Assembly (NCBI GenBank): GCA_964421955.1
Contig: CAYQYU010000018.1
Location: 1 to 14,044 of the forward strand
From: an uncultured archaeon
GTDB lineage: Archaea > Nanohalarchaeota > Nanosalinia > Nanosalinales > Nanosalinaceae
Direction: 5' to 3'
DNA: 14,044 nucleotides
Below the pieces are notes generated by a model. The model worked only from the letters and a program-made list of their open reading frames with translations, did not search any database and had not been told where the DNA came from. Within the stretch, counting starts at the first letter, position 1. Every line of letters begins with the position of its first letter. This document shows, piece by piece, positions 6,659 through 12,312 of the stretch. Both the position numbers and the translations under genes were made by a program.

Positions 6659-8579
6659 TTTCCAGTTCCTCTTTCTTCTCAATATACCTGAAGACGGTTT
6701 CGATAAATGTTGAGTGGGACCAGGTCAGCGGCGCGACCGATTTTCCCTCGCCGGTGAAAGGATCTACCTGCTCGGGAAGCAATCCGGTTTCAAGCGAGTT
6801 CTCACAGGTCCAGTGCATCAGTTCCTTTGCGGTCTCCAGCTCCTCTCTGCTGTCTGCGTCCATTATCCTCTGCTGCGCCAGCCATAGCGTGCATATGATC
6901 CACGGGTTGCCGGGAACACGGTCAAATTCATCTGTTACATTGTGGTATGTGTCGCCGCTGTAACGGGCGATACCTCCTACATCTGTGTCGGGCGAAAGGT
7001 CGTGTTCTATCGCGTTCATGGTATTCCTGTAGTATTCATCGTTTTCATTGACAAGCCCGAACTTCTTGAGGAATATTAACGGTGCGGAAACAGAGTCGTC
7101 GAGCTCACCGTTGACAAGGCCACGGCCGTACCGCTTCTTCTGCTCCGACCTGAGATGTTTTAGTCCTTCCTCTTTGATTTCTCCAGCCCGTTCCCTGTAT
7201 TTTTTGCCGTCCTCATCGATTACCTCCGATATTTCTGCCGCGGCTGTAAGTCCTGCATAAACCGTTGCGACCGTGAAAGTTGAGACATAATGGCGCTCCT
7301 CCCAGAGGTCGTGGCTCGGCTCCGGCAGTTTCAGTTCCTCGTCAAAATAACTGTGGAGGAACTCTGCCGCGGGCTCGATAACGGTCGCGTATTTCTCTTC
7401 GAGCAATTCTTCATCGCCCGTAATCTCGTGGTATCTCTTCAGCGACCAGAGAACCAGCGCGGTCTCATCCTCCTGGATAGGAAGCATCTCGTCCCCATTC
7501 TCGTCTACCCAGGGATGCCAGCTGCTTCCCAGCGATTTATCCGGGTTGTACTTGTGGAGCAGGTAGCCTTCGGGCTGGATCACATCTTCCATGAAGTCGA
7601 AGAAGTTCTCCGCGAACTCCTCGTAGCCGGCCTCCGCCATGGTTTCGGCGACGAATGCGCCGTCCCGGGGCCAGAGGTAGCCGTACTTGTCCTGGTTGAA
7701 GTTCAGGTTCTCCGAATCATTTGCCGCGGTTATTGCCCCGTTCTCGTTTGACTGCCCGGTTATAACAAGTATCGACCGCTTCAGCTGGTTCTCGACGTGT
7801 TCATCGAGCATGCTGGTGTCACAGTCAAGTTTGCCGAGGTGGCCGCGCCAGCACATCGCGGTCTCCCTGAAGTAGTCCTCTATGTTCGGTTTGACCTGGT
7901 TGTTGAGTTCAATTATGCGGTCGAGACTTTTCTCTGCGGTTATCCAGTAGTAGAATGTTTTCTCGCTTTCCGGCCCAATCTCGAGTTCTATGCTGATCGC
8001 CGATTTCACATCCCCCTGTGCGATCGGATTGCCGTTGAGTTTGCCCGTGCTGATGGATTTTTCCGGGTTGTCCCCGTAGACGCCGTACTGCTGGAGGTCG
8101 CTGCATGATCCGCCTTCTTTCTTGACGTTTGCCATAAGGTAGCGTTTCTTCTTGTAGTGGACCAGCCCGTTCTGCCGTGGAAGGAAGAAAGCGGTGTCGC
8201 CTATACCGTTGCCGTAGAGCTGGAAGTCCTGGAGGAAGAATACTTCGACCGACCTCTCAGTTTTCTCGTTATTCTTTACGGTTATCTTCCGCAGGAAGGT
8301 GTTCTCGGTGCAGTGGACACAGCTCTCGAACTCCATCTCCAGATCCTCCATCGAGTTTTTCGCGGTGGATTGAGTGACGATTGTCTCGTCCTGGTAACGC
8401 GGGCGAGTTTCCCAGTCGCTCATCCAGGAGAAACCTTTCCCCATTACCCCTATCCTGTGTTTCTTCCCGAGGACGTGGTTTTCCTGGCCCGCGTATGGAA
8501 AGTAGAGATCCCTGACCCTGAGAGAACTGTCAAGATTGGCGAGCATTGACCCATTTCCAAGCGATATCTGTCTTACCAT
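6648..8579 (-). CDS. Glycoside hydrolase family 15 (glucoamylase-like)
   Basis: YGYLWPRDG, QEDET, DLWEE (general acid), GIARYSGDTY, NPWIICTLW, LLPEQVDP (general base) and PLTWSH; no signal peptide visible. Confidence 0.95.
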   Translation of the reverse strand: MVRQISLGNGSMLANLDSSLRVRDLYFPYAGQENHVLGKKHRIGVMGKGFSWMSDWETRPRYQDETIVTQSTAKNSMEDLEMEFESCVHCTENTFLRKITVKNNEKTERSVEVFFLQDFQLYGNGIGDTAFFLPRQNGLVHYKKKRYLMANVKKEGGSCSDLQQYGVYGDNPEKSISTGKLNGNPIAQGDVKSAISIELEIGPESEKTFYYWITAEKSLDRIIELNNQVKPNIEDYFRETAMCWRGHLGKLDCDTSMLDEHVENQLKRSILVITGQSNENGAITAANDSENLNFNQDKYGYLWPRDGAFVAETMAEAGYEEFAENFFDFMEDVIQPEGYLLHKYNPDKSLGSSWHPWVDENGDEMLPIQEDETALVLWSLKRYHEITGDEELLEEKYATVIEPAAEFLHSYFDEELKLPEPSHDLWEERHYVSTFTVATVYAGLTAAAEISEVIDEDGKKYRERAGEIKEEGLKHLRSEQKKRYGRGLVNGELDDSVSAPLIFLKKFGLVNENDEYYRNTMNAIEHDLSPDTDVGGIARYSGDTYHNVTDEFDRVPGNPWIICTLWLAQQRIMDADSREELETAKELMHWTCENSLETGLLPEQVDPFTGEGKSVAPLTWSHSTFIETVFRYIEKKEELENDR

Positions 8580-8603
8580 TGCGGACCAGCAGAAGTTTCC
8601 TGG

Positions 8604-8702
8604 TTACTCGTGTTCTTCTTCGGCGTGTTCTTCAAGATCTTCGTCGGTTTCAAAGCTTGTGCCGCAGGCCTTGCAGACCTTGTCTTCATCGTCGTCTCCC
8701 AT
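8604..8702 (-). CDS. 32-aa acidic C2H2 zinc-finger microprotein, copy 2
   Basis: MGDDDEDKVCKACGTSFETDEDLEEHAEEEHE*, ATG start. SD GGAGGTG (8708-8714) overlaps the thioredoxin stop codon. Confidence 0.85.
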   Translation of the reverse strand: MGDDDEDKVCKACGTSFETDEDLEEHAEEEHE

Positions 8703-8713
8703 TTAAACACCTC

Positions 8714-8980
8714 CTATACAGATTCTCCGAGGGCCCAGGATTTCAGGGTTTCGAGGTCGGTCTCGCCGCAGATGAACTCGTCGGTTTCAGTGTTGTAGAA
8801 GAAAGGTACTCCGCCGCACTTGCCGTCATCAAGCTCCTGCTGTTTCTCCGCGTTCTCCTTGTTGTTCCAGACCTCCAGCTGTTCAACTTCTACTCCTTCC
8901 TCTTCTTGAAGCTTTTCTACCTTCGGCTCCATTTTCTCGCAGTGGGGGCACCCATCGCCGTAGAACTCGTATAGTGTCAT
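8714..8980 (-). CDS. Small thioredoxin/glutaredoxin-like protein, copy 2
   Basis: MTLYEFYGDGCPHC...KCGGVPFFYN...ICGE. The start at 8980 is set by alignment with copy 1 and by the TATA box at 9003-9010. Confidence 0.9.
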   Translation of the reverse strand: MTLYEFYGDGCPHCEKMEPKVEKLQEEEGVEVEQLEVWNNKENAEKQQELDDGKCGGVPFFYNTETDEFICGETDLETLKSWALGESV

Positions 8981-9002
8981 GCTAAATGATGGCTTTTGCT
9001 CA

Positions 9003-9031
9003 TATAAAAACCCGGAGTTACTTTGTGGAAA
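9003..9031 (-). promoter_or_regulatory. TATA box and candidate operator for thioredoxin copy 2
   Basis: Minus strand reads TTTC-CACAAA-GTAA-CTCCGGG-TTTTTATA; the TATA box is 23-30 nt before the ATG at 8980. Confidence 0.5.
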
Positions 9032-9398
9032 CTGTGAAATCTTCGTCTTCCCTACCGGCTTCAAGCCGCTGCTTCCCCCATTCCGCCATACTCTGGATTG
9101 TAGGCTCCAGGGATTCGCCGATACCTGTAAGCGAGTACTTGACCCGCTTTGGCTCCTCGCTCACCAGTTTTTTCTCGACTATATGTTTATCCTGCAGGTC
9201 TTCAAGGCTCTCTGAAAGCACCTTGTTCGATATCCCCGGGAGATCGTTCTTCATATCGTTGAAACCCATTCCGCCGTTGCTCAGGAGCCGGTGGATGATT
9301 ACTGGGTGCCATTTCTTCCCGAGTATTTTTGCGGTTGCAGTCACGGGGCACCATTCCTCATCGGTGCACCAGACCTTGATCGTGGCCTCGTCTTTCAT
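9018..9398 (-). CDS. HxlR/DUF24-family winged-helix transcriptional regulator, copy 2
   Basis: WCTDEEWCPVTATAKILGKKW...GFNDMK..LPGISNKVLSESLEDL...PKRVKYSLTGIG. Start placed at MKDEAT (9398). Confidence 0.9.
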   Translation of the reverse strand: MKDEATIKVWCTDEEWCPVTATAKILGKKWHPVIIHRLLSNGGMGFNDMKNDLPGISNKVLSESLEDLQDKHIVEKKLVSEEPKRVKYSLTGIGESLEPTIQSMAEWGKQRLEAGREDEDFTVSTK

Positions 9399-9429
9399 GA
9401 TCGGGAATTGAAATTCTACACTTTTCAAG

Positions 9430-9444
9430 GTTACCTTTGGTAAC
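9430..9444. promoter_or_regulatory. Perfect inverted repeat GTTACC-TTT-GGTAAC; candidate HxlR autoregulatory operator
   Basis: Seen directly. It abuts a TATA-like TTGAAAAG (minus strand, 9421-9428) that lies 23-30 nt before the HxlR ATG. Confidence 0.6.
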
Positions 9445-9507
9445 TTTACATACCTGCAGTTGAGATGCTGTAATAATGGATAAGTTGCTGTGTCGGCCCA
9501 CCTTCAT

Positions 9508-9759
9508 ATGTCTGAACTATGGATCAAGACGTGGCGCGAACCTGAGGGACAGACAGTAGAGTGGATCCTTTTCTCCTCTACTGACCAAGATATCAAGCGC
9601 TGCCGCGCCCGTACTCAGCGCGAGGCCCTTGAGAAAGCGGTGGAGTCCGGAATCGAACCTGGTAAAACGGAACATGTCAGGCCGCGTTTCGGTCGTCCGG
9701 GAGAGAATGTTCTTATGGATAACCGCGAATTCTTCCGCGTTCTGGAATCGATGAGGTAG
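9508..9759 (+). CDS. Hypothetical protein, 83 aa
   Basis: ATG-started ORF that fills the gap; its stop abuts the convergent gene at 9760. No family recognised. Confidence 0.6.
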   Translation: MSELWIKTWREPEGQTVEWILFSSTDQDIKRCRARTQREALEKAVESGIEPGKTEHVRPRFGRPGENVLMDNREFFRVLESMR

Positions 9760-10119
9760 TTAAAGTGGAGGTACTCCTATCGCCGTAAATGTGGTGATGC
9801 CGAGCCAGGAAAGTATCGCAAGTATTGCGGCTGCTGCCAGCCACGAGAACAGGCTTATGAATATCGCGTTCAGCCATCCGCCCTCGTACCTCATATTGAT
9901 CACCCAGGCCCAGGATATCAGTGCGAGCCACGGTCCGAGAACTGCGACTCCTCCAACAAAGAAGCTCACGACTCCCCAGACGACCGCACCGATTAGTGCG
10001 GCTACAACGGCATTTGAGAAGTCTTCTTCACCTGTAACCAGTCTTGCTCCTGTGTAGATGCCGAGGCTACCTATAATCAGGCTGACGGTGAATACGAGCA
10101 GTGAATCAATCAGTGCCAT
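9760..10119 (-). CDS. Small four-TM membrane protein of unknown function
   Basis: Hydrophobic 119-aa ORF with a 'RYEGGWLNA' loop; TTTATAA box at 10141-10147 fits a leaderless start. Confidence 0.8.
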   Translation of the reverse strand: MALIDSLLVFTVSLIIGSLGIYTGARLVTGEEDFSNAVVAALIGAVVWGVVSFFVGGVAVLGPWLALISWAWVINMRYEGGWLNAIFISLFSWLAAAAILAILSWLGITTFTAIGVPPL

Positions 10120-10188
10120 AATGGGTAAACCCCGCGTGTCTTATAAACCCATTATTGCAACTGAATGCAGCCAAGAAGGAACTAAAGA

Positions 10189-10479
10189 TTATTCGCTCTT
10201 GTAAAAGATATCCCACATCGCGGATACCAGGAAACCGAGTGTAAGCGCCTCCCACCATACGTAAAGGGGCGGAATATAGAGACCGAAAAGGTTGTAGGTC
10301 TGCCTCGTGGTTGCAGGGATAAGCACGGAGAACATCTCCAGGGTGTAGAATACGAGTGCACCGAGGATCTTCGCCTTCGTCGCATCGGGATTTGACGTAT
10401 CTATCGAGTCGGCGAACAGCAGCACGAATCCCAGTCCCGCGATACCGATAGCCACCTGGAAAATAGCAGTAACCGCCAT
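10189..10479 (-). CDS. Small membrane protein of unknown function
   Basis: 96-aa ORF with about three hydrophobic segments, an ATG start and an upstream TTTAATA box. Confidence 0.65.
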   Translation of the reverse strand: MAVTAIFQVAIGIAGLGFVLLFADSIDTSNPDATKAKILGALVFYTLEMFSVLIPATTRQTYNLFGLYIPPLYVWWEALTLGFLVSAMWDIFYKSE

Positions 10480-10532
10480 ATCTGCTGGAAAATTAGTTTC
10501 CTCCGGTATTAAAGCTTGTTATCAGATAAGTA

Positions 10533-10795
10533 AGCCCGACCCGAGATTTGAACCCGGGACCTCGTCCTATTCGTAGACTGGAACCCTCCAGTCTCACGTT
10601 CACCACGGTTCCACTCTCACCTGACGGTTCGAGTCCAGAAAATAATATTCTGGAAGCCATTCATAGAATGGCTTATTGCGTGTCGATCTGTCGTGAAATC
10701 AGAGATTTCACTCGACTCGAACGAAATCTCCGATTTCGTGACTGAGCGTAACCAGTCGTACCAAGGACGTGCTCTGGCCGCTGAGCTAGTCGGGC
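10533..10795 (-). tRNA. tRNA-Thr(GGT) with a 190-nt intron at position 37/38
   Basis: Exon 1 (10795-10759): GCCCGAC-TA-GCTC-AGCGGCCA-GAGC-A-CGTCC-TT-GGT-A. Exon 2 (10568-10533): A-GGACG-AGGTC-CCGGG-TTCAAAT-CTCGG-GTCGGGC-T. All four stems pair; G1-C72, C2-G71 and U73 fit archaeal Thr. Confidence 0.93.
10569..10758 (-). ncRNA. Long, highly structured tRNA intron
   Basis: Six local hairpins (10575-10594, 10635-10653, 10654-10674, 10693-10711, 10721-10739, 10740-10757) plus a 9-bp long-range helix (10627-10635 with 10714-10722). Confidence 0.8.
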
Positions 10796-10894
10796 GTCTG
10801 TGGTTGAGGTTGGATGGAAATATTCTTAATAGAAATTGTTGAGACGTATCTGAGGAGATCATCCAAAACTGGCTTGCCTAGGTGAAATTCTGAG

Positions 10895-11056
10895 TTAACC
10901 CGCGAACTGGTCGTTCTTCTTCCTGAGGTGTGGGTATCCGCATTTCCTGCAGGTCGTTTTCTCCGGGTTCTTTGTCCGGTTCCGGGCGTTGCATCTCCTG
11001 CAGATGTATACATCCTTGAACACCCGGTTCTCTGCTTCCTCAAATTTTTGTGCCAT
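10895..11056 (-). CDS. rpl40e: 50S ribosomal protein L40e
   Basis: MAQKFEEAENRVFKDVYICRRCNARNRTKNPEKTTCRKCGYPHLRKK has the L40e zinc-ribbon pattern; GGTGA SD at 11064-11068. Confidence 0.95.
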   Translation of the reverse strand: MAQKFEEAENRVFKDVYICRRCNARNRTKNPEKTTCRKCGYPHLRKKNDQFAG

Positions 11057-11156
11057 ATCTGTCTCACCTATAGTCTTCTCGGCGGTCTCAGGTTTTTTAT
11101 ATGCTATGTGGAGGATTATGGAAGAGGATATATCCATGCAGGATCATTACCGTTTT

Positions 11157-11401
11157 ATGACAGAAGAAATACTTTTCGAGGCTGAGAAGAAAGTTTCGCG
11201 TGAAGAGGCTGTTTCCAGGATCCGTGAAATAGTTGATGGAGTTGAAAGCGGTAGTTTAAGACTTTCCTCTGACCGGTTCGATCGAGATTGAACCCGCGGA
11301 GGACATGGCTTGAGGTCAAGGTCGAGCGTGAGAACGGCGAAACTTCTCTCGAAGTAGAGATCGAGTGGGGCGAGGAGCCAGGTTCTCTCGAGGTCGGCTA
11401 A
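11157..11401 (+). pseudogene. Amphi-Trp domain protein with two frameshifts
   Basis: Three consecutive frames join into one protein: MTEEILFEAEKKVSREEAVSRIREIVDGVESGSLRLSSD / GSIEIEPAEDM / LEVKVERENGETSLEVEIEWGEEPGSLEVG*. Shifts at about 11274 and 11308. 'SLEVEIEW' is the family signature. Confidence 0.8.
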
Positions 11402-11437
11402 GTTAGAGTTATCAAGCTGGTACCTAAAGAGTCAGGC

Positions 11438-12241
11438 ATGGAGCTGGTCAACGCGGTTCTGCTCGGAGTTTTACAGGGAATATTCGAGTGGCTGCCGGTA
11501 TCAAGTGAGGCAGTTACAACGTTAGTCATGACGCAGTTTCTCGGCCAAGAGCCGATTAATGCGGTCAACACCGCCATATACCTTCACTCCGGCACGATGC
11601 TCGCCGCGCTACTCTACTTCCGGGGCGACTTTCTGGAGATGTTCCGTCGGATCCCTGGTTACGTCCGGGAGACCGTTGACCAGCCGTCGAAGCTGAAGCA
11701 GCCCGGCCTAATGAACTTTCTAGTGGTGTCAACGTTCGTGAGTTCCGCGCTCGGAGGTACACTCTACGTTTTTGGAACCGGATCACTGCCCTCAAATCCA
11801 GACATCTTTGCAGGGCTTGTGGGTGTAGCTCTGCTCGCGACTGGCCTGATGAAACTGCTTGGAGAGGGGGCTGGAAGGGCGTACAGAGATGCCGACCTGA
11901 ATGACAGCCTTCTTGTGGGTGCGCTACAGGGCCTAGCTATAATACCAGGTATAAGCCGCTCGGGATCGACGATATTCGGCCTGTTCTACCGAGACTTCTC
12001 ATCGGACGACGCTTTCAAACTCTCCTTCCTGATGTCCGTCCCCGCAATATTCATCGCCCAGATCGGGCTGAACCTTTTCTCCGGCTTCACGGTGAATGCG
12101 GAGATGATTATAGCGGCGGCGTCGGCTTTCCTGGCGGGCTATGTCTCTATAGGTGCGGTGCTTGAGGTTGCAAGGAGAATAGAGGTTGGCTACATTGCAG
12201 TGGTGCTGGCACTACTCAGTTTCCTGCCGCTCCTGATCTGA
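11438..12241 (+). CDS. uppP: Undecaprenyl-diphosphate phosphatase (BacA/UppP family)
   Basis: LGVLQGIFEWLPVSS, LHSGT, GALQGLAIIPGISRSGST and LSFLMSVP. Confidence 0.93.
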   Translation: MELVNAVLLGVLQGIFEWLPVSSEAVTTLVMTQFLGQEPINAVNTAIYLHSGTMLAALLYFRGDFLEMFRRIPGYVRETVDQPSKLKQPGLMNFLVVSTFVSSALGGTLYVFGTGSLPSNPDIFAGLVGVALLATGLMKLLGEGAGRAYRDADLNDSLLVGALQGLAIIPGISRSGSTIFGLFYRDFSSDDAFKLSFLMSVPAIFIAQIGLNLFSGFTVNAEMIIAAASAFLAGYVSIGAVLEVARRIEVGYIAVVLALLSFLPLLI

Positions 12242-12312
12242 CAGCAGGTCGTAGCTGAACACAGTAGAAACAGTAAAAATAGTTCCTGACCTTTTCTACT
12301 TTCTAGATAACC

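Noticed and set aside
800-9398. The two module copies as direct repeats of a composite transposon or a recent tandem duplication
   Set aside because: There is no transposase, integrase or terminal inverted repeat, and the copies are clearly diverged at the DNA level.
6754-9411. Many plus-strand ORFs (for example 7290-7751, 8157-8549, 8546-8974, 8986-9411)
   Set aside because: They lie antisense to well-supported GH15, thioredoxin and HxlR genes and carry no recognisable motifs.
10569-10758. The tRNA-Thr intron as a group I intron, C/D guide RNA, SRP RNA or hammerhead ribozyme
   Set aside because: The boundaries are not U^...G^ and no P7 elements are recognisable. There is no properly ordered C and D box pair, the GTCAGG segment lacks the rest of the SRP helix-8 motif, and there is no CUGANGA core.
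10569-10765. The tRNA-Thr intron as a group II intron (GTACG resembles GUGYG; the 3' hairpin followed by ACGAAT resembles domain VI)
   Set aside because: Splicing at GTACG would not restore a 7-nt anticodon loop, no convincing domain V with a catalytic triad is visible, and 190 nt is very short for this class.
10548-10862. ORFs 10548-10745 (+) and 10617-10862 (-) as intron-encoded proteins
   Set aside because: They overlap the tRNA exons, have atypical composition and show no nuclease or RT motifs.
2688-11137. Longer N-termini given by the ORF track for SDR (2825), DUF3179 (3822), TlpA (6682), thioredoxin-2 (9064), HxlR-2 (9428) and L40e (11137)
   Set aside because: The extensions overlap neighbouring genes or promoter elements. 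Paralogue alignment, SD sites and TATA spacing favour the downstream ATGs.
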